Counted from the first letter of the stretch, positions 30,701 through 40,719 are shown. The stretch is DNA of 64,000 nucleotides from an uncultured Alphaproteobacteria bacterium (GCA_963740675.1 CAVUFS010000009.1:43380-107379); one strand, 5' to 3'. Notes: generated from the sequence alone by a model not told the origin. Numbers and translations: made by a program.

Positions 30701-31731
30701 GCGATACGCCCACCGCGCAGAACGATACCGTGCCGCCGCCGCGCATCGATCCGGCACCGTCGAAATTACCGCCGCCCAACGCGGCGAAGCCGCCACGGCG
30801 GCCAGCACCGCGGGTGCCCGCAACGCTGTCGCTCGTCGTGATCCTGATCGTGGCGCTCGCACTCGTCGGCACATCGCCCTATTGGGCGCCGCCCTTGATG
30901 CCGCTGTTGCCGTGGAGCACCGCGCAAGAATCGCAACAGCAACCGAGCCCGGCGCAGGATCAGACGGCGCAGCAGCTCGCCGCGATCCAGCAACAGCTCG
31001 AGCAATTGACCAAGTTGAGCAATCGTGTCTCGGCGCTGGAGAACCGGCCGGCGCCGGATGCCAGCGCCGCGGTCGCGCCGCTTGCCGGGCAAGTTCAACA
31101 GTTCGGCGCGCGTATCGATCAGATCGACAAGCTGCTGGTACAGCTTACACGCGATGCGGCGAACAATGCCGAAAGCCCGCAGCGCGTGCTGATGATCGCG
31201 CTGGCAAGTCTCGGCAATGCGATCTCCACCTCGCGTCCTTTCAGCGCGGAGCTCACGAGCGTTGAAGCACTGGGCCAGAACCGCAAGGGCTGGGCCGTGT
31301 CGCTACAGCCGTTGGAAGCGCCGGCGAAGACCGGCATTCCGAGCACGGCCGTGTTGACGCAGCGTTTCGCCGACGATGTCGCGCCGGCGGTCCTGCGCGC
31401 CGCAGCCAATGCGCCGAACAGCCAGCAAAGCATGGGCGAATCGATGCTGGCGCGGCTAAAGAGCCTCGTCATCATTCGCCGCGTCGACAACAGCGGCGGC
31501 AGCACCAGCAGCAACCCGACCGATCAAGCGGTCGACGAAGCGCAAGCCGCGCTCAACAAAAGCGATCTCGCCGGCGCGGTCAAAGCGCTCGGCGCGCTGA
31601 ACGGCGCGGCCGCCAAAGCCGCGCAGCCCTGGCTGAAAGACGCGCAGCAGCGCATCGATGCCGAGCAGACACTGGCGAAGCTGAGCCAGGATCTCGCCGG
31701 CGACATGGCCGCAGGGGCGAGCGGCGGCTGA
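30697..31731 (+). CDS. Alphaproteobacterial mitofilin/Mic60-like membrane protein (COG4223-type)
   Basis: One N-terminal TM helix (LSLVVILIVALALVG), coiled-coil Q-rich middle, and a C-terminal mitofilin-like segment (…LNKSDLAGAVKALGALNG.AAKAAQPWLKDAQQR). Its position between hemD and a hemY-like gene is canonical. Confidence 0.7.
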   Translation: MSDTPTAQNDTVPPPRIDPAPSKLPPPNAAKPPRRPAPRVPATLSLVVILIVALALVGTSPYWAPPLMPLLPWSTAQESQQQPSPAQDQTAQQLAAIQQQLEQLTKLSNRVSALENRPAPDASAAVAPLAGQVQQFGARIDQIDKLLVQLTRDAANNAESPQRVLMIALASLGNAISTSRPFSAELTSVEALGQNRKGWAVSLQPLEAPAKTGIPSTAVLTQRFADDVAPAVLRAAANAPNSQQSMGESMLARLKSLVIIRRVDNSGGSTSSNPTDQAVDEAQAALNKSDLAGAVKALGALNGAAAKAAQPWLKDAQQRIDAEQTLAKLSQDLAGDMAAGASGG

Positions 31732-33161
31732 TGCGGGCGCTGCCGGCGATCATCGTTATCGCGCTGCTGATCGCGGGCGCGATCTTCGTCGCCGACCGGC
31801 CCGGCGAAGTGTCGCTGGTCTGGCAGGGTTGGCGCGTCGATACCAGCGTTACCGTACTTGTCTTCGGCGTCGCGTTGCTCGCGGCGATCGCCGCGGTGCT
31901 GTTCCATTTCCTCCGCTTGCTCATTCGCAGCCCGCGCATGATCGCGCGTGGCCGGCGCGAGCGGCGGCGGCGGCGCGGCTATCGCGCGTTGAGCCAAGGC
32001 ATGGTGGCCGTCGCGGCCGGCGACCCGGCGGAAGCGAAACGCTTTGCGCGCCAAGCCGACGCGCTACTCGCCGAACCGCCGCTGACCTTGCTGCTGTCGG
32101 CGCAAGCGGCGCAACTCAACGGCGACGAAAAAGCGGCGGAGAAATATTTCACCGCCATGCTCGATCGCGCCGAGACCGAATTCCTCGGCGTGCGCGGCCT
32201 CATCATGCAAGCACTCAAGCGCAAGGATGAAGCTGTGGCGCTGAAGCTTGCCGAGCGCGCGAAAGAATTGCGGCCGAAGACGCAATGGGTGCTCGCCTCG
32301 CTCTTCGAGCTGCAGGCACGCGCTGGAAAATGGGTCGATGCAGAGGCGACGCTCGCTCTCGCCGCGCGGCGCAAAGCGATCACCGCGATCGAGAGTGCGC
32401 GTCATCGCGCCGTGATGCTGTATGAGCAAAGCCGCGTTGCTTCTGCCGAGAGCCGCGACCGCGATGCCGTGCGGCTTGCCGCAAAGGCTCATGCGATGGC
32501 GCCCGGCTTCACGCAGGCAGCGGTGCGCTATGCCGAGATGCTGAGCGGCGCCGGACAGACGCGCCAGGCGCGCAAGGTCATCGAGACGGCCTGGGGACAC
32601 GCGCCGCATCCCGAGCTGGCCGCGACGTACGACGCGATCCTCGCCGATGAGCGGCCGTTGCAGCGCTTGAAGCGCTTCGAGACGCTCGCCGCGCGCCACA
32701 AGGATCATATCGAGAGCCACATCGCGCTTGCCCTGGCGGCGCTGAAGGCACGCCTATGGGGCGAGGCTCGCCGCCACCTCGCCGCGGCCGGCGGCCGCGA
32801 GGACAACGCGCATCCAAGCCCGCGCGTCGCCCGGCTGATGGCCGAACTCGAAGAGGCCGAGCATGGCGATCTGCCGGCGGCGCGGTTGTGGCTCTCCCGC
32901 GCGACCACCACGGCGATACAGGATGCCGGCCATGTCTGCGCCGCGTGCGGCGGCGAAGTCGCGAACTGGACCTCGCTCTGCCCGCACTGCCGCAGCTTCG
33001 ACAGTATCGAATGGCGCCCGCCCGGCCGCCCGCCGGTGCCGCATCTGCAAGCGGCGAGCGAGATGATGCCCGCGCTGCCGGTGCCCGGCAGCACCGCCAT
33101 CGCACGCCCACCCCGCGACGGGCTGGGCCTTACGATTGACGATTCAGCGCCCCCGCTTTAA
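31731..33161 (+). CDS. HemY N-terminal domain/TPR membrane protein with C-terminal 4-Cys zinc ribbon
   Basis: Two N-terminal TM helices, TPR-like repeats, and CAACGGEVANWTSLCPHCRSFDSIEW. TGATG junction with the previous gene. Confidence 0.75.
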   Translation: MRALPAIIVIALLIAGAIFVADRPGEVSLVWQGWRVDTSVTVLVFGVALLAAIAAVLFHFLRLLIRSPRMIARGRRERRRRRGYRALSQGMVAVAAGDPAEAKRFARQADALLAEPPLTLLLSAQAAQLNGDEKAAEKYFTAMLDRAETEFLGVRGLIMQALKRKDEAVALKLAERAKELRPKTQWVLASLFELQARAGKWVDAEATLALAARRKAITAIESARHRAVMLYEQSRVASAESRDRDAVRLAAKAHAMAPGFTQAAVRYAEMLSGAGQTRQARKVIETAWGHAPHPELAATYDAILADERPLQRLKRFETLAARHKDHIESHIALALAALKARLWGEARRHLAAAGGREDNAHPSPRVARLMAELEEAEHGDLPAARLWLSRATTTAIQDAGHVCAACGGEVANWTSLCPHCRSFDSIEWRPPGRPPVPHLQAASEMMPALPVPGSTAIARPPRDGLGLTIDDSAPPL

Positions 33162-33197
33162 GTTCCGCGTCACTTTCTCCGCTCATGATCGTGGCGC

Positions 33198-33272
<75 letters not shown>

Positions 33273-33319
33273 TCTGCCGATCTCGGCTGCCGATCTCGGG
33301 CAATGCCAGGGGCCCCGCG

Positions 33320-34294
33320 ATGGCAGCGTCCAAAACCGCCCTCATCATCGGTATTTCCGGCCAGGACGGCTCTTACCTTGCCGCCAGCCTGGTGGCCAAG
33401 GGCTATGCCGTCCACGGCACCTCGCGCGACAAGGAGCTGGCGAATTTCGCCAATCTGCGCGCGCTTGGCGTCTATGACCGCGTGCGCCTGCATTCGGCGA
33501 CCGTCACCGATTTCCGCTCCGTCGTTCAGGTGATCCGCGAGACGCAGCCGAGCGAGATCTATAATCTCTCCGCGCAATCCTCGGTCGGCCTCTCTTTCAC
33601 CCAGCCGGTCGAAACGCTCGACAGCGTCATCTTCGGCACCGTCAATCTGCTCGAGGCGATGCGCTTCCTCGGCGCGGATATCCGCTATTACAGCGCGTCG
33701 TCGAGCGAGTGTTTCGGCGTGACGCCGGAGAGCGGCGCGGTCGAGACTACGGCCTTTGCGCCGCGCAGCCCTTACAGCATCGCGAAAGCCTCGGCACATT
33801 GGATCGTTGCGAATTATCGCGAGGCTTACGGGCTGCAAGCCTGTTCCGGTCTGCTCTTCAATCATGAAAGCCCGCTGCGCCCGGCGCGTTATGTAACGCA
33901 GAAGATCGTGCGCGGCGCCGTCGCGATTGCCCAGCATCGCGAAGAGAAGCTGACGCTCGGCAATCTCGAGGTGGCGCGCGATTGGGGGTGGGCGCCGGAA
34001 TTCGTCGAAGCGATGTGGCTGATGCTGCAACAGCCGGCGCCGCAGGATCTGGTGATCGCGACCGGCCGGCCCGCGACGTTGCGCGAATTCACCGCGCGCG
34101 CATTCGCCAGGGTCGGGCTCGATTGGGAGAAATATGTCGAGATCGATCAGGCGCTGCTGCGTCCGGTCGACCTTGCCTTCAGTTGCGGCAATGCCGGCCG
34201 TGCGCGCGAGCTCCTGGGCTGGCAGGCCAGCACCGCCTGGGACGGCGTCGTCGATCGGCTGGTCGATGCCGAATTGGCGCGCCTAAAGCCCTGA
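33320..34294 (+). CDS. gmd: GDP-mannose 4,6-dehydratase
   Basis: ALIIGISGQDGSYLA…, SSSECFG, PRSPYSIAK (YxxxK), LFNHESPLR. Confidence 0.85.
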   Translation: MAASKTALIIGISGQDGSYLAASLVAKGYAVHGTSRDKELANFANLRALGVYDRVRLHSATVTDFRSVVQVIRETQPSEIYNLSAQSSVGLSFTQPVETLDSVIFGTVNLLEAMRFLGADIRYYSASSSECFGVTPESGAVETTAFAPRSPYSIAKASAHWIVANYREAYGLQACSGLLFNHESPLRPARYVTQKIVRGAVAIAQHREEKLTLGNLEVARDWGWAPEFVEAMWLMLQQPAPQDLVIATGRPATLREFTARAFARVGLDWEKYVEIDQALLRPVDLAFSCGNAGRARELLGWQASTAWDGVVDRLVDAELARLKP

Positions 34295-34387
34295 CGCCGC
34301 ACTTCTTTAGGATAGTCGACGGAACGATCCCCACATCGCCGTGTTGAAGGTCCAGCTTTCACGCGCTCATAGGATTGGGACGACGTC

Positions 34388-34543
34388 ATGCTGCGAACCT
34401 TGCTTTTGATTCTGGTGATCCTCTTGCTGATCGGCGCTTTGCCGACGTGGCCCTACAGCGCCGGCTGGGGCTACTACCCATCGGGCGGCGCCGGTCTCGT
34501 GCTTGTCGTTCTGATCGTGTTGGTCGTCGTCGGCGCCTTATAG
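34388..34543 (+). CDS. DUF3309-like small membrane protein (51 aa), below the track cutoff
   Basis: MLRTLLLILVILLLIGALPTWPYSAGWGYYPSGGAGLVLVVLIVLVVVGAL matches the characteristic ALPTWPYS..WGY.PSGG core. Confidence 0.7.
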   Translation: MLRTLLLILVILLLIGALPTWPYSAGWGYYPSGGAGLVLVVLIVLVVVGAL

Positions 34544-34660
34544 GCGCCGCGATACCCAAAAGAGACATTGCGATACTGACGCGAGCTGCAACAAAATCTT
34601 CACTCCAAGCGTGCATAACGAGATCGGTAATCTCGTCGTAAGCTAATGCCGGGGGCGAAG

Positions 34661-34828
34661 ATGGTTCATAGCCTGTTGATCGTCGGTTGGACTGGTCTCA
34701 GCGTTGGCGCGCTCTCTGCCGCGGTCGCGGATATTTTTCCCGCTCATCGAAATGTGCTGCAGCATTGGGGTGGCGGCTTGCTGGTCGGCAGCGTCGCGCT
34801 GATGGGTCTCGCCGTACCGTTCATCTAA
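34661..34828 (+). CDS. Hypothetical 55-aa two-helix membrane protein
   Basis: MVHSLLIVGWTGLSVGALSAAV…GGGLLVGSVALMGLAVPFI, with a purine-rich stretch before the ATG. Confidence 0.4.
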   Translation: MVHSLLIVGWTGLSVGALSAAVADIFPAHRNVLQHWGGGLLVGSVALMGLAVPFI

Positions 34829-34910
34829 ACGGTTCAGGCGTCGCAGCACAAAGCGGTAGTGCCGCTTCACCGAATATTAACCACGTTCGCGCCACACTCC
34901 TCACAAGGGG

Positions 34911-36113
34911 ATGTTTTCCCATCGAGGGGTATTGAGCGTGCGGACCAACGGTTTCGCTCTTAGAGATTGCTTTCGGACCAGCCTCGCGCGCTGGCTTCTG
35001 ATCATTGCGACCGGTTCCGCCGCAACCGCCTGCAGTGGCACGCAGGGCAGCATCGCCGGCAAAGTTGCGAACGTCATGCCGGGCCAGACATCCACGGCGA
35101 CCCCAAGCACGAAGACGAAAACGAGCGCAGAGCTGCTGCATGCCGGCGATGTCGCGCGGGAAAAAGGCGATCTCGACGCCGCCGCCACGAATTACGCCGC
35201 CGCCATTGCCGTCGATCCCAACTCTGTCGAGGCTGAGCTGCTCCTCGGCTCCGTCGACCTCGCGCGCAAAGATGAGAATGGCGCGGTCGCCGCCTATCAA
35301 GCCGCGCAAAAACTCGCGCCGAAAAATCCGGAAGCGGCGTTCCGTTTGGGCGAGATCGATTTGACCCACGGCCAAGCCCAAGACGCCGCCGACCAATTCA
35401 CGATTGCGCTGGAAACCCGCAAGGACGACCCGAAACTCTACAACGCGATCGGCGTCGCTCTGTCGATGCAGCATCGATACGCGCTGGCGAAAGACAATTA
35501 CGACAAGGGCTTGGCGCTCGAGCCGGATTATCCCTCGCTTCGCAATAATTACGGCCTGATGCAGCTCGCCAGCGGCGATCTGCCAGGCGCGCTCGCAACT
35601 TTCTCGGCGCTCGTCGCCTCGCCGCAAGCGAATGACCGCTATCGCCTGAACCGCGCCTTGGTCGAGCTTGCCATGGGCCAGACCGAAGCCGCGCTCGCCG
35701 ACGCACCGGGCATGGATGAGCCAGGTTTGCGACAAACCCTCGCGATTTATCGGACGCCGCAAGCAACAGCGAGCACAGATGGTCTCCGCGACGCGCTGAC
35801 GAGCACCGACCTCGAAAACGCGCCGGTGCCGGCAGAAATCTCCTTTGCCGAACGTACACTTGGCCGTCGATCCGCCCGTCGCGCCACCCGCAACCGCGGA
35901 GAAGACGACCGCTTCGATCACACCTGCTGCAGGGTTACCGCCGACAGCTTCTCCCTGAAATACGAACGGTCGGCCAAAGCGGCGGTTTTGAGGCAACCTT
36001 CAAGGGTTGTTAACCAGACTGGCCGAATATCCCCCTGCGGTGCTGTCAGCACGCGGGGGCTCATGAAAATCTTTTGTGGGTTCGTACGCGTCGCTTTCAG
36101 CGCAGCGAGTTGA
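34911..36113 (+). CDS. TPR-repeat lipoprotein, TadD-like
   Basis: Lipobox ATGSAATAC, and about 6 TPR units (…GDLDAAATNYAAAIAVDPNS…, …LALEPDYPSLRNNYG…). The last ~110 aa are not TPR-like and lie in lower-GC DNA, so the true 3' end is uncertain. Confidence 0.65.
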   Translation: MFSHRGVLSVRTNGFALRDCFRTSLARWLLIIATGSAATACSGTQGSIAGKVANVMPGQTSTATPSTKTKTSAELLHAGDVAREKGDLDAAATNYAAAIAVDPNSVEAELLLGSVDLARKDENGAVAAYQAAQKLAPKNPEAAFRLGEIDLTHGQAQDAADQFTIALETRKDDPKLYNAIGVALSMQHRYALAKDNYDKGLALEPDYPSLRNNYGLMQLASGDLPGALATFSALVASPQANDRYRLNRALVELAMGQTEAALADAPGMDEPGLRQTLAIYRTPQATASTDGLRDALTSTDLENAPVPAEISFAERTLGRRSARRATRNRGEDDRFDHTCCRVTADSFSLKYERSAKAAVLRQPSRVVNQTGRISPCGAVSTRGLMKIFCGFVRVAFSAAS

Positions 36114-36142
36114 GAGATTTTCGCTGAGCCGAAAGACCACGT

Positions 36143-37042
36143 ATGCAAGCCTTGTCGTATCGACGCATGCTTCTTCTGACCGCGGCCGTCGCATTGTCGC
36201 TCGCCACGGCGATGATCGTGCGCGCGTGGGTCAATGAAGCGCGGCTCAGCGCTGTGGCGACTGGCACCGCGGATATTCCGAAACAGCCGGTTACGAAAGT
36301 TCTCGTCGCGACCCATGGTCTGCCGGCGGGTCAATTCCTGCAGCCGAACGATCTCGAATGGCAGGATTGGCCGAATAACGCGCTCAATTCCAGCTACATC
36401 GTCTCGGGCTCGCGCACCGTCGACGATCTCGTCGGCTCGGTCGTGCGTGCGGCGATCTCGAGCGGCGAGCCGATCACCGACGACCGCCTGATCAAGAAAG
36501 GCGACCGCGGCTTCCTCTCGGCGATCATGTCGCCGGGTACACGCGCTGTCACCGTGCAACTCCAGCAGAATGCCGGTCTCGGCGGCCTCGTCCTGCCGGG
36601 CGATCACGTCGATGTGGTGCTGACGGCGGTGGTGCCGAGCAGCGTTCCGAACGAGCCCGAGCATCACGCCAGCGAGACAGTGCTCGAAGATATTCGCGTC
36701 CTCGCCATCGACCAGAAGATGAGCGACATGTCGAACGAGACCGTGATGGCGCGTTCGGCGACGCTCGAAGTCACGCCGAAACAGGCCGAAATCCTCGCCC
36801 TCGTCACCGATATGGGCAAGCTCTCGCTCACGCTGCGCTCGATCGCATCGGGTGACGAAAAGCCCCGGACCACCAATGCCAAAGGCGAGCTGATCGAGCC
36901 GTCGGTCACCTGGGACAATGAAGCGACCGATCTCGGCCTCAAGCCGCATAGCGCGCCGGCCGGTGCAGACTCCGCGGCAAAAGTCGACCTCGTGCGTGGT
37001 GGCTCGACCAAGTCATTCGAATTCCCGAAAGCCGGTAAGTAA
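36143..37042 (+). CDS. cpaB: Flp pilus assembly protein CpaB/RcpC
   Basis: N-terminal TM helix plus SAF-like region (VLVATHGLPAGQFLQPNDLEW) and position before the secretin. Confidence 0.85.
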   Translation: MQALSYRRMLLLTAAVALSLATAMIVRAWVNEARLSAVATGTADIPKQPVTKVLVATHGLPAGQFLQPNDLEWQDWPNNALNSSYIVSGSRTVDDLVGSVVRAAISSGEPITDDRLIKKGDRGFLSAIMSPGTRAVTVQLQQNAGLGGLVLPGDHVDVVLTAVVPSSVPNEPEHHASETVLEDIRVLAIDQKMSDMSNETVMARSATLEVTPKQAEILALVTDMGKLSLTLRSIASGDEKPRTTNAKGELIEPSVTWDNEATDLGLKPHSAPAGADSAAKVDLVRGGSTKSFEFPKAGK

Positions 37043-37043
37043 C

Positions 37044-38777
37044 ATGATCCGCCGCCTGAACACCGTCCGCACGATCGCGTTGGCCGCTGCCATCGCCTTC
37101 GCTGCCATACCGGCTCCGCATCTTTCAGCTTCGCAGATCGTCTCGCCGACCGGCGCGCCGATTGCACTCGATGTCAGCAAAGGCGTGATCATCCGCCTCG
37201 ACCGGCCGTGCTCCAGCGTTTTCGTCGCCGATCCCGATATCGCGGACGTGCAGCTCAAATCGCCGACCATTCTCTATGTCATGGGCAAAGGCGCCGGCTC
37301 GACCACGATCTATGCCGTCGACCAGCAGGATGCCGTGCTGCTCAACAGCCGCGTCGAAGTTCATCAGGACATCGACCGCCTGGCGCGCGATATCCGCCAG
37401 ATCGATCCGACCGGCCATGTGCAGGCCAAAGCGGTCGACGATTTGATCGTGCTTGAGGGCAGCGTGACGGATGCGGCGCAAGGCGACGACATCCGCAAGA
37501 TCGCGGCGCGCTATGTCGCCAGTCCGGCGCAGCTCGTGAACAAGCTGAAGATCGACGCGCCCAACCAGATCGACCTTCACGTCCGCGTCGCCGAAGTGCA
37601 GCGTAGCGTGCTGAAGCAATTCGGCATCAACTGGGACAATATTCAGGCCAGCGCTGGTGGATCGTTTGGTTTCGTGAGCGGCGTCACACCTTTGGCCGCC
37701 ATTGCGGGCTCGGGCACTAACATTATCCCGGGCTTGGCGAGTAACTCGTCGCTAACGAATGCGTTCAACTCGGGTTCTGGCCCCGCCAGTATTGCCGGTT
37801 TCAACACGCCTACAAAGACGCTGGTCGGGAACGCTAATAACAACAATTTGTTCGCGAGCTATAGGAGCGGCGACTTTATGATCAACGCTCTCGTAGATGC
37901 TCTCGCACAAAACGGCCTCATCACCATCCTCGCCGAGCCGAATCTCGTCGCCGTGTCCGGCCAGAAGGCGAGCTTCCTCGCCGGCGGCGAATTCCCCATT
38001 CCGATCGCGCAGAGCGGCACGGGCACTACGGCGGCGATCACGATCGACTGGAAGCAATTCGGTGTCAGCCTCAATTTTACGCCGACCATCCTCGGCGACG
38101 GCCGAATTGCGTTGCATGTCGCACCAGAGGTCAGCCAGCTTGCACCGCAGGACGGCATCACCGTCCAGGGCGTCAGCGTTCCCGGCATCACCACCCGCCG
38201 CGCCGACACGACTGTCGAGCTTGGCAGCGGCCAGACCTTCGCCATCGCCGGCCTCTTGCAGAACCAGACGCAGCAGCAGCTCCAGGCCTATCCGTGGATC
38301 GGCGATCTGCCGATCATCGGCTCGCTGTTCCGCTCGACCGCGTTCCAACGCGGCGAAACCGAGCTCGTCATCCTGGTCACACCCTATCTTGTGAAGCCAG
38401 TCTCTTCGGCGACCGCGCTTCAAACCGACAATGACGGGTTCTATGCACCAAACGATCAGGACCGCGTGCTGAACGGCAGCCTCAACTCGGTTCCGAGTTA
38501 CAATCCGGCGAACGGCAAGCCCGCTGCCTCGGCGACGCCGTCGGCCGTCACCGCAGACGGTACGACCCCCGCGCCGCGGATGCCCGTCCCCGCGCCTGTC
38601 GCGTTGCCGGCACCGGCCGTGACGCCGTCGACGACCGGCGAAGCGAAAAACGCACCGGCAGATGCGAACCCGACTATTGCCACCACGGCGGCGGCTGCGC
38701 CGCCGTCGGCACCCGCCCCGAAAGCCGCCGCTGCGCCTGCGCGCTCGGCCGCCACTTCGGGCTTCGAGATTGATTAA
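37044..38777 (+). CDS. cpaC: Tad secretin CpaC/RcpA (type II/III secretion system secretin family) with P/A-rich C-terminal extension
   Basis: Signal peptide, BON-like N-domain, and secretin core (…LAEPNLVAVSGQKASFLAGGEFPIP…IPGITTRRADTTVEL.SGQTFAIAGL…PWIGDLPIIGSLFRS). Starts 1 nt after the cpaB stop. Confidence 0.9.
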   Translation: MIRRLNTVRTIALAAAIAFAAIPAPHLSASQIVSPTGAPIALDVSKGVIIRLDRPCSSVFVADPDIADVQLKSPTILYVMGKGAGSTTIYAVDQQDAVLLNSRVEVHQDIDRLARDIRQIDPTGHVQAKAVDDLIVLEGSVTDAAQGDDIRKIAARYVASPAQLVNKLKIDAPNQIDLHVRVAEVQRSVLKQFGINWDNIQASAGGSFGFVSGVTPLAAIAGSGTNIIPGLASNSSLTNAFNSGSGPASIAGFNTPTKTLVGNANNNNLFASYRSGDFMINALVDALAQNGLITILAEPNLVAVSGQKASFLAGGEFPIPIAQSGTGTTAAITIDWKQFGVSLNFTPTILGDGRIALHVAPEVSQLAPQDGITVQGVSVPGITTRRADTTVELGSGQTFAIAGLLQNQTQQQLQAYPWIGDLPIIGSLFRSTAFQRGETELVILVTPYLVKPVSSATALQTDNDGFYAPNDQDRVLNGSLNSVPSYNPANGKPAASATPSAVTADGTTPAPRMPVPAPVALPAPAVTPSTTGEAKNAPADANPTIATTAAAAPPSAPAPKAAAAPARSAATSGFEID

Positions 38778-38789
38778 AGGGAACGGACG

Positions 38790-39503
38790 ATGCGCGCCCT
38801 TCTTCCTTCGGCCTGCCTGCTCCTTCTGACCGCGCTGAGCGCCTGCGTCGGCACCTCCGACCCGCCCCAGCCCGTGGAGGAGAATCCAAACCGTTTCACC
38901 TATCACACGGCCGACTTCACCTATGCGGTCCATTTCCCGGCGGCGGCGGACACGCTCTCGCCCAACGAGATGAACGGGCTGCAGGCGTTCTTGCGAAGCT
39001 CGAGCGCGCGGCCCGAAGACAAAGTCACAGTCAGCGGCGAAGCCTCGCCGATCGGCCAGACCCGTGGCGCCCGCGTGCGCGATGTCTTGACGCGTGCCGG
39101 CCTCGATGCCGTCCCGGGCGTCAACGTCAATCTCGCGCCAAACACGGTCACGATCGTGTTGACCGAGCAGGTCGTCACCGAGCCGCCAAGATGCGGCGAC
39201 TGGCCGCTCTTTGCCGGCGATGCGCCTTCGAACGCGCCCTCGCTCTATCTCGGCTGCGCGATGCGCAACAATCTCTATCAGCAGGTTGTCAACAAGCGCG
39301 ATCTCGCCGTCGGCCGCACACCCGGCCCGGCCGATGCCGAGCCCAGCATCCGTGCGGTCCAGAAATATCGCGAAGGAACCGGCGACAAGGGCAAGGACGA
39401 CTCCCCGTCAGCGAACAACGCGGCCGCCAACAGCGCGACCGACGCCGCGAACTCGGCGGCTTCGATGGCCAATCCCTCTGGTGGTAGCAGCAATGGCCAG
39501 TGA
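38790..39503 (+). CDS. cpaD: CpaD-family pilus assembly lipoprotein
   Basis: Lipobox LTALSAC, conserved CGDWP segment, and its position. Confidence 0.75.
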   Translation: MRALLPSACLLLLTALSACVGTSDPPQPVEENPNRFTYHTADFTYAVHFPAAADTLSPNEMNGLQAFLRSSSARPEDKVTVSGEASPIGQTRGARVRDVLTRAGLDAVPGVNVNLAPNTVTIVLTEQVVTEPPRCGDWPLFAGDAPSNAPSLYLGCAMRNNLYQQVVNKRDLAVGRTPGPADAEPSIRAVQKYREGTGDKGKDDSPSANNAAANSATDAANSAASMANPSGGSSNGQ

Positions 39504-40719
39504 TGAACTGACACCGATCGCGACCGGGCCGAGGCTGCTTGCCTGCCTCGCCGACCCGGCCAGCGCGCAAGCGGTCCGCGATTTCGCGGCGGCGCAGCGC
39601 TGGCGCAACGCCGCCATTGTCGAAGGCGGCGTCGTTGCGGCGCATGAGCAATTGCAGAATCAGACCCCGCCCAATCTTCTGGTTGTCGATGTCGACGACG
39701 CGGGAGATCCGGTGCAGGCGCTTTACGCCCTGGCGGAGCTTTGCCCGCCGGAGATGAGCGTCATCGCCATCGGCCAGCGCAACGACCTCAATCTCTATCG
39801 CGATCTGATGGAGCTGGGCGTCACCGACTATCTGCCGAAACCGATCGACGTGCAGATGCTCGAGCGCGCCCTGAAGCGCAACAAGCGTGTCCATGGCGGT
39901 GACGAGCCGAACAAAGCCCAAGTCATCACTCTGATGGGTGCGCGTGGCGGCGTCGGCACAACCACGGTTGCCGCGGGACTCGCCTGGTGTCTGTCGCATC
40001 TGCACAATCGCAGCGTCGCGGTCGTCGATCTCGACCTGCATTTCGGCAATCTCGCGCTCAATCTCGACCTCGTGCCCGGCCCCGGCCTGCGCGAGGCGCT
40101 CGAATATCCGGCGCGCATGGATGCGCGTCTCCTCGGCTCGGCCATGCTGCATGAAAGCCCGCAGCTCAGCGTGCTGGCCGCGGAAGAGCCGCTGGTCGAT
40201 CTGCCGCAAGTGGCGGCAGGCGCGGCCGACGCGCTTGTCACCGTGCTGCGCGCCGATTGCGACTTCATCATCGTCGACCTGCCGCGCCATCTCGAGGAGA
40301 TCGTGCGCCGCACGATCACTGTCGCGACGACGATCGGCGTCGTGACCGATCTGTCGCTTGCCGCGGCACGCGACACGCTGCGGCTGGTCGAATTCAACCG
40401 CGTCCTGTCGCCGACGGCCAAGCATATCGTGATCGGCAATCAGGTCGGCGCGCCGCATCGCGGCGAGGTCGGCCGCACCGAGTTCGAGCGTGTCGTCGGA
40501 CTGACCCTCGACGGCGCCATTCCCTTCGAGGCGCAAGCCGCGCTGACGACCTCGTCCATGGGCACCGCGCTCCCCGCCGCTTTGCGCAACAGCAAGGCCG
40601 CGGCGGAATTCGCCGCCCTGGCCGAGCAGATTTGCGGCGTGCAGGCGCCGAAGAAGCGCTCGGGCTTGTCGAAGAAGCTTCTCCCCGGCCTGCCGGGCTG
40701 GCTTAAGCGGAGCGCCTGA
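39493..40719 (+). CDS. cpaE: CpaE/TadZ: atypical receiver domain plus MinD/ParA-like ATPase
   Basis: REC-like LLVVDVDD…, deviant Walker A ITLMGARGGVGTTTVA. Overlaps the cpaD stop by 11 nt. Confidence 0.85.
   Translation: MASDELTPIATGPRLLACLADPASAQAVRDFAAAQRWRNAAIVEGGVVAAHEQLQNQTPPNLLVVDVDDAGDPVQALYALAELCPPEMSVIAIGQRNDLNLYRDLMELGVTDYLPKPIDVQMLERALKRNKRVHGGDEPNKAQVITLMGARGGVGTTTVAAGLAWCLSHLHNRSVAVVDLDLHFGNLALNLDLVPGPGLREALEYPARMDARLLGSAMLHESPQLSVLAAEEPLVDLPQVAAGAADALVTVLRADCDFIIVDLPRHLEEIVRRTITVATTIGVVTDLSLAAARDTLRLVEFNRVLSPTAKHIVIGNQVGAPHRGEVGRTEFERVVGLTLDGAIPFEAQAALTTSSMGTALPAALRNSKAAAEFAALAEQICGVQAPKKRSGLSKKLLPGLPGWLKRSA

Noticed and set aside
34821-35996. 391-aa minus-strand ORF over the TadD-like gene. 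Similar antisense ORFs lie at 33251-34030, 37752-38933, 45605-46810, 46228-47178, 52654-53817 and 62584-63579
   Set aside because: All lie antisense to genes with recognisable domains and have repetitive R/G/A/D-rich translations. They are treated as GC-driven artefacts.
38841-38852. 11-nt match (gcgtcggcacc) to the 3' end of tRNA-Thr, considered as a possible island att site
   Set aside because: It is too short, lies inside the cpaD signal-peptide coding region, and has no integrase. Most likely it is a chance match in GC-rich DNA.
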